In this document: positions 1-10,317 of the stretch, piece by piece | How positions within the stretch are numbered: the first letter of the stretch is position 1 | Layout: each line of letters starts with the position of its first letter | Virus record (IMG/VR): IMGVR_UViG_3300037722_000380 | Span: 27,379 to 91,378 of that record | DNA: 64,000 bases | Strand: one strand, 5' to 3' | Origin: a virus | Position numbers and translations under genes: made by a program | The notes under the pieces: generated by a model | What the model saw: only the letters and a program-made list of their open reading frames with translations | Told to the model about the DNA's origin: nothing | Databases searched by the model: none

Positions 1-261
1 CGTCCATACCGGCGGCAATTCGAGGCCGGAACTATGGATGAGACTGTCGCTAACGACCTTCTACTCGAAGCTTTTGCTGAAACAGTAGTGCTTGGATGGG
101 AAGGGGTACAGGACCGGGAAGGAAATGAGTTAGCGTTCACTCGCGAGAATGTGACGAAGCTCTTCAAAGACCTTCCTGACCTGTTTACGGACGTGCGTGA
201 GCAAGCGATGAAATTCGCTAACTTCCGTGTAACGCAGGTTGAGGCCGACGCGGGAAACTAA
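1..261 (+). CDS. Tail assembly chaperone (5'-truncated by window)
   Basis: Frame open from position 1; lies before the tape measure gene; ends in in-phase slippery heptamer G GGA AAC (252-258) just before TAA. Confidence 0.8.
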   Translation, partial: RPYRRQFEAGTMDETVANDLLLEAFAETVVLGWEGVQDREGNELAFTRENVTKLFKDLPDLFTDVREQAMKFANFRVTQVEADAGN

Positions 262-704
262 TTGCGGTCCTTCTCTATGATCTAGAGCAGGGGCCGACTG
301 AGCAGATGATCATCGAACAGGCTCGGCGTCAGAAGATGCCGATCCCGGACAAGATAAAGAATAAACCCCTGTTGCTAACAGGGCTGCAATTCTTCTATAA
401 TGCTTTTTGGGAGCTTACGACTTGTCGGGCTCTCGGCATGGCAGAAGGCCCTATTCCGTGGACGGCAATTTATCAGTATGCCGCAGCCCATGGAATCCGG
501 GATTCAGACGAAATCGACTATCTATCGGCTGTGGTCAAGCGGATGGATATTGCGTATCTTGACTACCGGCATAAAAAAGGGAAAACCGGGACTAACGAAA
601 AAAAGATTACTCCGAAGGTGCCGATGCAGGTTACTGCAACACGTAAGCCGGTGACGGCGGCGAGCTTGCGGGCTCATCCACCACAACTTCGTAAGCGCAG
701 GTAG
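252..704 (+). CDS. Tail assembly chaperone -1 frameshift extension (lambda G-T like)
   Basis: -1 frame from GGGAAAC reads GKLIAVLLYDLEQGPTEQ-MIIEQARR with no stop into ORF 306..704. Confidence 0.75.
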   Translation, partial: GKLIAVLLYDLEQGPTEQMIIEQARRQKMPIPDKIKNKPLLLTGLQFFYNAFWELTTCRALGMAEGPIPWTAIYQYAAAHGIRDSDEIDYLSAVVKRMDIAYLDYRHKKGKTGTNEKKITPKVPMQVTATRKPVTAASLRAHPPQLRKRR

Positions 705-709
705 CGTCC

Positions 710-1159
710 ATGGCGCAGCCATTCGAAAATCTTCCTCTTATTATGGAGCGGTATGCCGCCGGAATCGGCGAAGCTGTAACTGTCCTTATGCGTGAGATAG
801 CTAGGAAGGCCGGAGAAGTAGCCGTACAGACAACTCGGGTGGATACCGGTCTTGCCCGGTCGAATTGGGTTGCGTCTCTGGATGCGCCGTTCACTGGCAC
901 GGTCCCCCCGTATGCTCCGGGTCGTAAACTAGGTGGGGGCGAAGGGGCCAATGCCGCCGGAGCTTTGAACCAGCAAGCGTCGGTGATTCGTAGTTTTAGC
1001 CCTAAGCGGAACCGGTCAATCCATATTACGAACAACGTATCGTATATCGGTATTTTGAATGATGGCGGTCCTACCGTAGGGCCGGATATGATGCTACAGC
1101 GTGCAACTCAGGCGGGCCGGGTTTTGGTTTTGGGTGCGCGGATTTTGAGGAAGAAGTAA
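710..1159 (+). CDS. HK97 gp10-like tail completion protein
   Basis: TRVDTGLARSNW motif; position in tail module. Confidence 0.6.
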   Translation: MAQPFENLPLIMERYAAGIGEAVTVLMREIARKAGEVAVQTTRVDTGLARSNWVASLDAPFTGTVPPYAPGRKLGGGEGANAAGALNQQASVIRSFSPKRNRSIHITNNVSYIGILNDGGPTVGPDMMLQRATQAGRVLVLGARILRKK

Positions 1160-1163
1160 TTCG

Positions 1164-3899
1164 ATGGCGACAGAACGCCTAGAAATTATTATCACCAGCC
1201 GTGGTCTCGGACAGACGCAGCGGGCGATTAACCGCGTCGGAAAGGAAGCTTCTACAACTCGGGGTGCCCTGGCATTCATGCGGGCGGCTCTCGTTGTCGT
1301 GGCATCGGCGCGCGTTGTGGCGGGTATTGCGCAGCAGCTTGACTTGTTTACTGCATTGGGTAACCGGCTACGGCTTGTTACTAACGATGTTCAGGAGTTG
1401 ACGGCTGTCCAAGATGCTCTATTTTTAATCGCTCAAAAGACACGGCAATCGTTTGAGGAAACAGTTGTTGTATTTCAGCGTTTGGCTCAGTCTACCGGAA
1501 AATTGAAGCTAGATTACAAAGAACTTCTTGAGCTTACTGAACTTGTGAATATTGCTGTGGCCCTGTCAGGAGCTAGTGCTCAGTCCGCCGCAGCCGGTCT
1601 TCGGCAGTTTGCCCAAGGATTGGCTTCAGGTGTGACCCAAGGCGATGAGTTGCGGTCGGTAGTCGAGAACTTGCCGTTCTTGGCCGATGTTATCGGACGG
1701 CAATTCGGAATTGCTGGTGGAGAGTTGCTTGCTTTCAACAAAGCAAATCCGGGCATCATCAAGACGCGGGATATTGTCGAAGCTCTTCGGAAAGAAGCGC
1801 CTCGGCTTTTGGAAGAGTTCAAGAATAGTTCTAAGACCATTGGACAAGGATTCGAAGTTCTAAGCAATTCACTTACATTCTTTTTCGGAAAGTTGAGCCA
1901 GGCTACGGGTGCCGGTCGGTTCTTTGCTGATAGCCTAATTGTTATTGCTGATAATATTGACAAGGTAGTTGTTGCTCTAGCTTCTCTGGTAGGGATAGTT
2001 GCATTCAATTTCTTGATTGCTCAAGTGGCAGTATTGCATCGCACATTAGCCCTACTTGTAGGATTCGCACTTTCATCATTCGTGAGTCTCGGGCGGGTTT
2101 TGGTATTACCATTCACTTTAGCTGTTCAAGCTGCGGTTCCTCTCTTGGGAATTATGAGGGTACTCGGGACAACGGTTCTCGCAACTGTTGCGCAGTTTGC
2201 GCGGTTTATCGGCATCACTGTGATCATGGGCGGTCTCCGGACGGCCGTTCTTGGTGTAACGGCAGCCATGGCGGCGCTGCGGGCAGTGACTCTTACTCTG
2301 GTTCTCTTGGCCGGAGTTAGTCGGGCGGCTGCGGCAGGGTTCGTAGTAATGCGGACTGCCGGGTTGGGTCTAGCGGCTCTACAAGGCATTTTGGGCGGAA
2401 TTCGGATTGCTCTAGTGGCGATAGCTCGGGCAGTCTTTTTAAACCCGTTGTTCATTGGGGGAGCTTTGATTATCGGAGGATTGGTAGTCGCGTTCTTTCT
2501 CTTGCGCGACAGGATTGAAGCCGTAATTGATAGTCTTGGCGGTATTCGTAATGTCTTCAATACCGTCGTTGCGGGAGCCGGAGCGGCGGTTCAAACCATC
2601 ATACAAAACTTCAGTCAGCTTCCTCGGGCAATTAAGGACATTGCTATTCAGGCTGCGAACTTTTTGATTGAGAATTTCGAGAAAGCGGTGAATGGGGCGA
2701 TTTCTCTGCTTAATAATCTTCCAGGAATAGATATTGAATTTGTGGATTTCGGTCGTATTGAAAACGATGCAGCGGGAGCCGCAGCCAATGTAAAGAAATT
2801 TTTCATCGAATCATTTGATGAAATCAAGCGGTCTGATCCGTTAGAAATTACAAAACAAAAAGTGGAAGACCTTATCAATCTTTTGAAGAGCTTTACGTCC
2901 GGAGCCATCAATCTGGATGCGCTCTTAGCTTCTTTGGAGGGGAAGCTTCCGAAAGCAGTCGGGGGTAACCTAAGCGATATTCAGAAGTTGAAGGGAGCCT
3001 ACAAATCTTTGCTTCAGGAAATTTCCCCCTTGGCAAAAGAGTTTTTCGAATTAAAAGTTGCACAAGAGCTTGTGGCAGAGGCTCAAAAGGCCGGGATTGA
3101 TACGGCTAAACAGTTTGGGTTAACTCATGAAGAGATTCTTCGGCGGGTACAACGTAATCTAGCCGGATTTAGTACAGATTTAGCTGTTATGGAAGAAGAG
3201 ATAACAATAGTATGGAAAGCTGTCCTCAACGGCGCAGGTTCGGTTGAAGAAGCTTTGCGCAAAATTCGGGATATTCAAATAGCGTTTCTTGAAGATCAAG
3301 TCGATCTCGGCTCTGGCATCGAACGGACGTTTTTGAAACTTCAGCGGGAAGTTGAAGATGTTGCTTCTGCTATTGAAGATGCGATGAACACGGCGTTTAA
3401 GTCGGCCGAAGACGCGGTTGTAGAGTTTGTGCAAACCGGGCGTATTCAAGTTGGAACTCTTGCTAAAGATATCCATGAACAACTCTTACGGGGCGCTGTC
3501 AAAGCACTTATTGCTGACCTTGGTGCGGCGCTCGGTCTTGGACAAAAGACTAGCGGTTCTCTGTTAGGCGATGTCTTTGGTAATTTGTTTGGACGTAGCG
3601 GTGGGGGTGGTGGACAGTTACCATTCGATTTTCCCGGTTTTGCAAGCGGTGGAAGCTTCAATGTAGGACCGGGCAACTCGCTGGGCCAGCTTCCGGGCGT
3701 GGATAATCGGCTTGTGGCTTTTCGGGCACGGGATGGAGAGAATGTATCTGTAGCTCGGCCGGGTCAAGGACATGCACGGCCGGTGAATGTTAACTTCACG
3801 GTAATGACACCAGATGCAAATAGTTTTCGTCGGTCACAGGGCCAAATTATGAATGATGCACAGATCGCTTTGCGGCGCGCTAATTTGAGGAATGGCTAA
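1164..3899 (+). CDS. Tape measure protein
   Basis: 911 aa, Ala/Leu-rich helical; N-terminal tape-measure motif (QFAQGLASGVTQGDELRSVVENLP), central hydrophobic stretch, C-terminal GFASGGSF. Confidence 0.95.
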   Translation: MATERLEIIITSRGLGQTQRAINRVGKEASTTRGALAFMRAALVVVASARVVAGIAQQLDLFTALGNRLRLVTNDVQELTAVQDALFLIAQKTRQSFEETVVVFQRLAQSTGKLKLDYKELLELTELVNIAVALSGASAQSAAAGLRQFAQGLASGVTQGDELRSVVENLPFLADVIGRQFGIAGGELLAFNKANPGIIKTRDIVEALRKEAPRLLEEFKNSSKTIGQGFEVLSNSLTFFFGKLSQATGAGRFFADSLIVIADNIDKVVVALASLVGIVAFNFLIAQVAVLHRTLALLVGFALSSFVSLGRVLVLPFTLAVQAAVPLLGIMRVLGTTVLATVAQFARFIGITVIMGGLRTAVLGVTAAMAALRAVTLTLVLLAGVSRAAAAGFVVMRTAGLGLAALQGILGGIRIALVAIARAVFLNPLFIGGALIIGGLVVAFFLLRDRIEAVIDSLGGIRNVFNTVVAGAGAAVQTIIQNFSQLPRAIKDIAIQAANFLIENFEKAVNGAISLLNNLPGIDIEFVDFGRIENDAAGAAANVKKFFIESFDEIKRSDPLEITKQKVEDLINLLKSFTSGAINLDALLASLEGKLPKAVGGNLSDIQKLKGAYKSLLQEISPLAKEFFELKVAQELVAEAQKAGIDTAKQFGLTHEEILRRVQRNLAGFSTDLAVMEEEITIVWKAVLNGAGSVEEALRKIRDIQIAFLEDQVDLGSGIERTFLKLQREVEDVASAIEDAMNTAFKSAEDAVVEFVQTGRIQVGTLAKDIHEQLLRGAVKALIADLGAALGLGQKTSGSLLGDVFGNLFGRSGGGGGQLPFDFPGFASGGSFNVGPGNSLGQLPGVDNRLVAFRARDGENVSVARPGQGHARPVNVNFTVMTPDANSFRRSQGQIMNDAQIALRRANLRNG

Positions 3900-4567
3900 T
3901 GGCTTTCTTCGATAATGCACGGCTTCCAGAAGACATCGAACGTGGTGCAATCGGCGGACCGGGGTTTAAAACGACCGTCATTACGCTCTCATCCGGATTC
4001 GAGCGTCGGAACCGGGATTGGGCGCGGTCACGCGGTGAATGGGATATCAGTTATGGAATGACACATAAGAGTCTTCTTGAGGGTGCGATTAACCTGTTCT
4101 ATATTGTTGGCGGAAAAGCAGACGGGTTCCGGTTCAAGGATTTTTCGGATTTTCAAATCGGAGACACATTTACTTTCGATGTAGATACTCGGCAACCCAT
4201 CGGTTTAGGTGACGATGCTAATGACGAGTTTCAAATTTTCAAGCGGTACGAGTTTGGCGCGCTGTTTTTCGACCGTGAGATTAACAAGGTTGTCGATGGA
4301 ACCTACCGGGTCTATCTCGATGGTGTTCTTCAAACAGAGAGTGTTCACTATACTATCGACATCAATACGGGCCTCATCACATTTACTACGCCGCCAGCAA
4401 GTACGGGCGGCAGTGGACCGGGTGGAGAAGAGGTTGTAGAAGTTATAACAGAGTTCGATGTACCGGTTCGGTTCGATACGGATATGTTGCAAATCAGTAC
4501 CGAAGTGTTCCATGAAGAAGCGGTGATCTCGCTCCCGAACATCAAGCTTTTAGAAATCCGGGTTTAA
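3899..4567 (+). CDS. DUF2460 (GTA-type) distal tail protein
   Basis: GGPGFKTTVITLSSGFERRNRDW, FRFKDFSDF, EFDVPVRFDTD motifs. Confidence 0.9.
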   Translation: MAFFDNARLPEDIERGAIGGPGFKTTVITLSSGFERRNRDWARSRGEWDISYGMTHKSLLEGAINLFYIVGGKADGFRFKDFSDFQIGDTFTFDVDTRQPIGLGDDANDEFQIFKRYEFGALFFDREINKVVDGTYRVYLDGVLQTESVHYTIDINTGLITFTTPPASTGGSGPGGEEVVEVITEFDVPVRFDTDMLQISTEVFHEEAVISLPNIKLLEIRV

Positions 4568-4568
4568 T

Positions 4569-6359
4569 ATGCCGAAAACACTTTCAGGCGGTTTAGCTTC
4601 TCATCTCGGGCAGGAAGTAACAACTCTTGCTACTTTGTGGCGGTTGACGCGCACGGATGGTGAAGAATTTTTCTTTACTGATCATGACGAAGATATTGTA
4701 TTCGAGGGTAATACGTATGAAGCTGCGGTTGGATATAATCGTACTGCTGTCGCAAATCAAGTCGGGTTAGCAGTCGATAACCTTGACGTACAGGGATTTC
4801 TCGATAGCACTGCTCTGACGGACCATGAACTTCGCGCCGGGCTATTCGATTTTGCGGAAGTTCGGGTTATGGTAGTGAATTACGTTGATTTGGCACAGGG
4901 CGTTTTACGACTAAGGCGCGGACGGCTGGGAGAGGTTTTGTATTCTGACAGCGGGATTTTCCAGACTGAACTTCGGGGTTTAACTCAAGCGTATAGCCAA
5001 AATATCGTGGAGATTTACGAGCCGGAATGTCGGGCAGATTTGGGTGATGAACGGTGTATGGTTCCAATTCTTCCGCCGGTAGTGTTGCGGAATACGGCTT
5101 ACGTTGTTGGAGATTTCGTTCGGATGAGCCCGGCATTAGCGGGCTTGTACATCCCGACCCTTCTAGTGCCGGGGGATACCGATGCGGAAGATATCTCTGT
5201 CAACGGCGCTACAGCTACCCTCGGTACTCAGGCGACGGTGCAATCGGTGGTTTCTATGTTTGGCGGCGGTGCAATCGAGTTCTCTCCGTCAGGTAGTGCG
5301 GACCCGTCTCAGGCATTCGTCAGCTATCCGGATAATGCCGAGTACACCATCGGAACCCGGTCATTCACTATTGAAGCATGGGTTCGGTTTAAGGATTTGA
5401 CTTCGACTATTCAGGTCATCATGTCTCAATATCTCAACACGGGTAACCAGCGGGCCTGGATTTTTGAGCGGAATGGAGACGAGTTACGCATTAGGTGGTC
5501 TAATAGCGGAACGGCACTGGATGTTTCTATAGCGGGCTCTTTTACGTTCTTGGTCGATACATGGTATCACGTTGCGGTGACCAGAGACTTTGTGGGAGAC
5601 GTTCGGCTTTTCGTTGACGGTGTACAAGTCGGTAGCACTACTTCAAACACCACGTCAATTTTCAATTCAACGAGTGTACTATACCTCGGAAAAATTCGAT
5701 CCGCGTCCTTCGATGATCTTCCGCTAGATGGGTTCATTGACGATGCTCAGCTTGTTGTGGGCTTTCCTCTCTACACGGCAAACTTTACCCCGCCCGTGGC
5801 CGCTCATACTGTTGACGATATCCCGGCGGCTATCGAAGTCCTCATAACGGAAGATTTTGAAGACCTGATTTACGAGTGCATAACGGCGGGTCTTACTGGC
5901 GCGGGTTACCCGGACTACGATTCAGTAATTGGAAACCAGACTCTAGACGGGTCGGCGGTATTCGAAGCGGCTGAAGCCTGGACACGGGCTGCCGAAGTTA
6001 CCGGAGTGACGGACAATCGCACTTTTACTATTTCTGTAACCGAGCCTAGGGCTGTAGATAACTGGTTCAAATTTGGAGCGGTACGGTTTGATACCGGCAA
6101 CAACGAGAACTTGGCGATGGAAGTTAAGGAATGGATACAGAGTACAAACACCGTTACGCTATTTCTCTCAATGCCATTCGATATCGAAGTGGGAGACAAG
6201 TTGTCAATATATGCTGGGTGTGATAAAAAGCTATCAACATGTATCGCCAAATTCGACAACGTAGTGAACTTTCGGGGAGAGCCGTATGTTCCCGGACCGG
6301 ATGCGTTTCTTTCCGTTATCCGGGTTCCAGACGCATCTTCAGCAGGACGGAAGAAATAG
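4569..6359 (+). CDS. DUF2163/BR0599 baseplate hub with LamG-like insertion
   Basis: N-term TTLATLWRLTRTDG..FTDHD, CRADLGDERC; C-term AGCDKKLSTCIAKFDNVVNFRGEPYVPG; central FTIEAWVRF..WYHVAVTR..LFVDG..GFIDD. Confidence 0.88.
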   Translation: MPKTLSGGLASHLGQEVTTLATLWRLTRTDGEEFFFTDHDEDIVFEGNTYEAAVGYNRTAVANQVGLAVDNLDVQGFLDSTALTDHELRAGLFDFAEVRVMVVNYVDLAQGVLRLRRGRLGEVLYSDSGIFQTELRGLTQAYSQNIVEIYEPECRADLGDERCMVPILPPVVLRNTAYVVGDFVRMSPALAGLYIPTLLVPGDTDAEDISVNGATATLGTQATVQSVVSMFGGGAIEFSPSGSADPSQAFVSYPDNAEYTIGTRSFTIEAWVRFKDLTSTIQVIMSQYLNTGNQRAWIFERNGDELRIRWSNSGTALDVSIAGSFTFLVDTWYHVAVTRDFVGDVRLFVDGVQVGSTTSNTTSIFNSTSVLYLGKIRSASFDDLPLDGFIDDAQLVVGFPLYTANFTPPVAAHTVDDIPAAIEVLITEDFEDLIYECITAGLTGAGYPDYDSVIGNQTLDGSAVFEAAEAWTRAAEVTGVTDNRTFTISVTEPRAVDNWFKFGAVRFDTGNNENLAMEVKEWIQSTNTVTLFLSMPFDIEVGDKLSIYAGCDKKLSTCIAKFDNVVNFRGEPYVPGPDAFLSVIRVPDASSAGRKK

Positions 6360-6361
6360 AA

Positions 6362-6790
6362 ATGGTAACGAGGGCAGAGATTATTTCCGAAGCACGGTCA
6401 TGGGTCGGTGTTCCATGGCGGCATCAGGGCCGGACGCGGGAGAATGGAATTGATTGCGCAGGGCTCCCGGTTCTTGTCGGAGCCAAATTTCATTTATTCT
6501 GTTATGAGGATGTAAACTATCCCCGCCGCCCGGATGGGACTTTCGTAGACCATTTTCGGAAGTATCTGATTTCAAAACCAGTTACGAAAATGCAAGAGGG
6601 AGATGTTCTTATTTTTGCGGAAGGACGGCACCCGTGCCATTGCGGAATTCATACGATTTTTCGTGGACAGCCGAGTGTCATTCATGCTCATGTAGGTGCT
6701 CGGAAAGTAGTAGAACAATCTCTAGAGACAACGCGGTCTATAGTTGGGCGTCCTATCTTTTGTTTTGAATTTCCTGACGTGGAGAAATAA
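6362..6790 (+). CDS. NlpC/P60 tail-associated peptidase
   Basis: EARSWVGVPWRHQGR..GIDCAGL..HCGI..IHA; start re-set to ATG 6362. Confidence 0.9.
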   Translation: MVTRAEIISEARSWVGVPWRHQGRTRENGIDCAGLPVLVGAKFHLFCYEDVNYPRRPDGTFVDHFRKYLISKPVTKMQEGDVLIFAEGRHPCHCGIHTIFRGQPSVIHAHVGARKVVEQSLETTRSIVGRPIFCFEFPDVEK

Positions 6791-9700
6791 GTGGCTCAGT
6801 TGGCCTTCGGACTTGGTGGTGCGGCTCTCGGTTCGTTTACCGGGATTGGGGCGAACACGGGCTATATTCTTGGCTCAATTCTTGGGCGCATTCTTTTTCC
6901 GGACCCGCCTGTGGTCACGGAAGGCCCGCGCCTCGGTGACCTTAATATCTCTTCATCGACATATGGAGCGCCAATCCATTTGGCTTATGGTACGGTCAAA
7001 ATATCGGGAAATCTTATCTGGCATGGTGGTGTTCGGGAAGTTGCGAACCAGCAAGAGGTTTCAGGCGGCAAAGGCGGGCTTGGCGGACCAACTCAAGTTC
7101 ATGTCACCTACTCGTACTTCACCGACTTTGCGTTTGGATTTGCCACAGGTCCGGCAGAGGATGTCTTGCGTCTCTGGTTTGATAACGAACTTGTATACGA
7201 TAAGCGGGGTCAGACAATCACTAAGAAGACAGGTCTGTCGTTTCATTTTTATAACGGAGACGAAACACAACTTCCTGATCCCACAATTGAAGCAAAAGAA
7301 GGAGTCGGTCAAGTTCCGGGTCATCGGGGGTTGGTGTATATCGTATTCACGGGTCTTGATGTCACTGGCTATGGCGGTCGCGTACCTAAAGTCGATGCTG
7401 AAATTGCATTCCTCACGGAAGATGCAACGAGTGACCGCATTTCAAACGATTTTACTATCGGTGAAGGCGGACTGTTTAGTAACACACAGCTTGACGATAT
7501 GGCGATAGATTTCAAACGTCGGCGTATTTATCTAATGGCGGCTACCGGTTCTAACGTAGGTCTACGGGTTTATGACCTGGATACACTTCAAGAAATTCGT
7601 CAACAGATTACAGCGGATTTATTTGACACGGCGGAGAGTCTTTCTTCTGCTGGTGAAATGGTTTCCGGGGAAAGCGGATATATTTACATGACCGCCACGG
7701 CTTCAAACACGCGGCCGTGGATTAAAATTGATCCGAATACTTTGAATGAAGTAGACCGTTTCGGTTTCGCAAGTATTGGTGGAGCCCCCCCGGATACGTT
7801 TCCAGCCGTTAACATGATGATGGAGCTTGAAACTCTCAAATCGGCTCCGGACCCATTCACCGGAAATCCCGGAAAGCGATTTTTTCTTGTGGGTTTCACT
7901 GTATTAGGCGACAATTTGTGCATCGCCGACGCATTCGATATGTCGTTCCTTTATTATGATCCGGATTTTCCTGTATCTGTTCGCGGTATGTGCCCAGGTC
8001 GGGTTCAAATCGGTGAAGCTACAGGATGGATTATGACTCAAACGGGTGCGGGAAACAGTACCCTGCATATCCATAAACTCAGTATCAGTGCAGAAGCTCA
8101 GTTACTTCCGACAGTTGGCACTTATGGTGTTGAAAGTGAAGAAGTCGATACTATTGACCCGTCTGTGTGGAATACCGATGGCGAAGGAAATGCTGTCGGC
8201 CCAATCTTCGATAAGATTGATGGCGGACTGATTTTCATCGTTACACGGGATTCATCAACTGGTTCGTATGTCATTAAGTGGCGGGAAGGTGAGGGTGTCG
8301 TTTGGGTATCTGCTGTAGACACTAATCCTCCGTCTCAATCTCTCAACGCCGGACAAGTTCAGAATGTTCTTGAGGGTTTTTTTGGTTTTGTTTCAGCGAC
8401 GGATGACGTATGTTTGATTGACACAATAACCGGAGAAGTTATTGAAACAGCATTTGATTGGGCGACAATCCAGCCCACGGTCAATCCTATCGGCCGGTGG
8501 TTTTATGATGGAGAAACCCAGAGTGTCGTTGTTGTGAATAGTGGCGGTCCGGCTATAATGACTCAAATCTTTCTCAATCGGAAAGCCGGACTCGGCACCA
8601 CGGATGGAGCGATTGTTCGGGACATTTCTCAACGGGTTGGGTTGGATATCAATTCGGATATTGATACGTCGGAACTTACCGCCGATATTCGAGGCTATGC
8701 GGTTACACGCCAGATGCCCGCTCGGAGTGCTATCGAGCCGGTAGCAACTGCATTTTTCTTTGACGGTGTTGAGAGCGATGATAAGGTGGTATTCAAGAAG
8801 CGAGGTCGTGACCCAATTCGTACTATTGTGGATGACGATTTGGTTCCGTCGTCAAATGAAACGAACGACGTGGTTCAAGAATCTCGCGCGCAAGAAGTCG
8901 AACTACCTGAGCGCGTGTCCGTAGCATATATCGACTATGACAGGGATTATCAAGAAAGTGCTCAGGCTGTTAAACGGGTACGCCAACCAATTCCTACTAT
9001 GAGGTCTCGGAATGAAGCTATAATTCCGGTTCCCATTGTTCTTGTCGCGACAGAAGCCGAACAACTTGCCGAAAAGCTTCTCTTCACGGCGTGGAACGAG
9101 CGCACGACTTACTCATGGCGGACACCGTGGGAGCACCTAGATTTAGACCCAGCCGATGTTGTTAACTTGGAATTAGACAATCTGTTCGCACTCGCTACAT
9201 TACGTACCCGGATTACGAAAGCGGTTGTCAATCTTGACTTGACGGTCTCATTCGAAGGATTGTCGGAAGACAAGGTAACTGTGGAATCCGATAGTACGGC
9301 TGACGGCGGACTTGGATTCCCGCAACAAGTCGTTCCCGGTCCGGCTTTCACCCGGCTCTTTCTTATGGATATTCCGCTACTTCGGGATACCGATAACACG
9401 GGCGGTTCAGGTACGCGGCTGTACTTCACGATGAACGGTCTTCGGGACCGTTGGCCGGGCGGCATTCTGTTCGATAGCAACGACGGTTTCGCATATAATA
9501 ACACAGGGCTTCGGCAATCTGTAGGCGTTTCTTATGGCACGGTTATCAACAAACTTCCAATAACAACTACTCCGTTCCAGACAGATGAAGAAACGGAACT
9601 CCGGGTACTTCTTATTGATGGCGAACTTCAAAGCGTAACGGAATCTGAATTTCTAAGTGACGCCAATGCGGCCCTTGTGGGAAATCCGGATATCCAAAAT

Positions 9701-10309
9701 TGGGAGATTATCACCTTCCAAAATGCGGTGCAGCAGCCGGATAGCTCATACATTCTGACAAATATCATGCGGGCACGGCGCGGGACTGACCCGCAGGTGA
9801 ACACGCACACTAACGGGGAAACTTTTTTGTTCCTAACGACTACAACGATTAACGCTATTGTAAATCAACTTACATCCGTGGGAGTTTTGCGATTCTATAA
9901 AGGTGTTGGCCGGGGCCAGCTTCCTGAAGATGCAGATATCGAACCTCTCACGTCTACCGGTGCAGACCTGAAGCCGTATGCTCCGGTTCAATTAGACGCT
10001 ATAGTGGACGGGGGAGATAACATTGACTTGTCGTGGGTTCGCCGGAGTAGGGTTGGCGGCGAGCTTCGGGATGGTGTGGGGGAAGTTCCGTTGGCTGAAG
10101 AAACTGAAGCTTATGAAATCGACATCTTGGATGGTCCAGGGGGTGCTGTTTTGCGGACCTTGACAAGTACCACTCCTATGAAGCAATATGACAATGCCGA
10201 CATTATCACCGATTTCGGGTCTGTTCCGGCCAGCCTCTCCTTTGTTGTCTACCAGATGTCAGCCGCAGTTGGCCGTGGTTACGGCGCTGAAGCCACAATC
10301 ACGTTCTAG
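6791..10309 (+). CDS. GTA-type host-specificity / central tail protein
   Basis: 1172 aa; EGPRLGDLNISSSTYGAPIHLAYG, PGHRGLVYIVF, RARRGTD, LSWVRRSR, EETEAYEIDI motifs. Confidence 0.9.
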   Translation: MAQLAFGLGGAALGSFTGIGANTGYILGSILGRILFPDPPVVTEGPRLGDLNISSSTYGAPIHLAYGTVKISGNLIWHGGVREVANQQEVSGGKGGLGGPTQVHVTYSYFTDFAFGFATGPAEDVLRLWFDNELVYDKRGQTITKKTGLSFHFYNGDETQLPDPTIEAKEGVGQVPGHRGLVYIVFTGLDVTGYGGRVPKVDAEIAFLTEDATSDRISNDFTIGEGGLFSNTQLDDMAIDFKRRRIYLMAATGSNVGLRVYDLDTLQEIRQQITADLFDTAESLSSAGEMVSGESGYIYMTATASNTRPWIKIDPNTLNEVDRFGFASIGGAPPDTFPAVNMMMELETLKSAPDPFTGNPGKRFFLVGFTVLGDNLCIADAFDMSFLYYDPDFPVSVRGMCPGRVQIGEATGWIMTQTGAGNSTLHIHKLSISAEAQLLPTVGTYGVESEEVDTIDPSVWNTDGEGNAVGPIFDKIDGGLIFIVTRDSSTGSYVIKWREGEGVVWVSAVDTNPPSQSLNAGQVQNVLEGFFGFVSATDDVCLIDTITGEVIETAFDWATIQPTVNPIGRWFYDGETQSVVVVNSGGPAIMTQIFLNRKAGLGTTDGAIVRDISQRVGLDINSDIDTSELTADIRGYAVTRQMPARSAIEPVATAFFFDGVESDDKVVFKKRGRDPIRTIVDDDLVPSSNETNDVVQESRAQEVELPERVSVAYIDYDRDYQESAQAVKRVRQPIPTMRSRNEAIIPVPIVLVATEAEQLAEKLLFTAWNERTTYSWRTPWEHLDLDPADVVNLELDNLFALATLRTRITKAVVNLDLTVSFEGLSEDKVTVESDSTADGGLGFPQQVVPGPAFTRLFLMDIPLLRDTDNTGGSGTRLYFTMNGLRDRWPGGILFDSNDGFAYNNTGLRQSVGVSYGTVINKLPITTTPFQTDEETELRVLLIDGELQSVTESEFLSDANAALVGNPDIQNWEIITFQNAVQQPDSSYILTNIMRARRGTDPQVNTHTNGETFLFLTTTTINAIVNQLTSVGVLRFYKGVGRGQLPEDADIEPLTSTGADLKPYAPVQLDAIVDGGDNIDLSWVRRSRVGGELRDGVGEVPLAEETEAYEIDILDGPGGAVLRTLTSTTPMKQYDNADIITDFGSVPASLSFVVYQMSAAVGRGYGAEATITF

Positions 10310-10317
10310 GAGCAATT

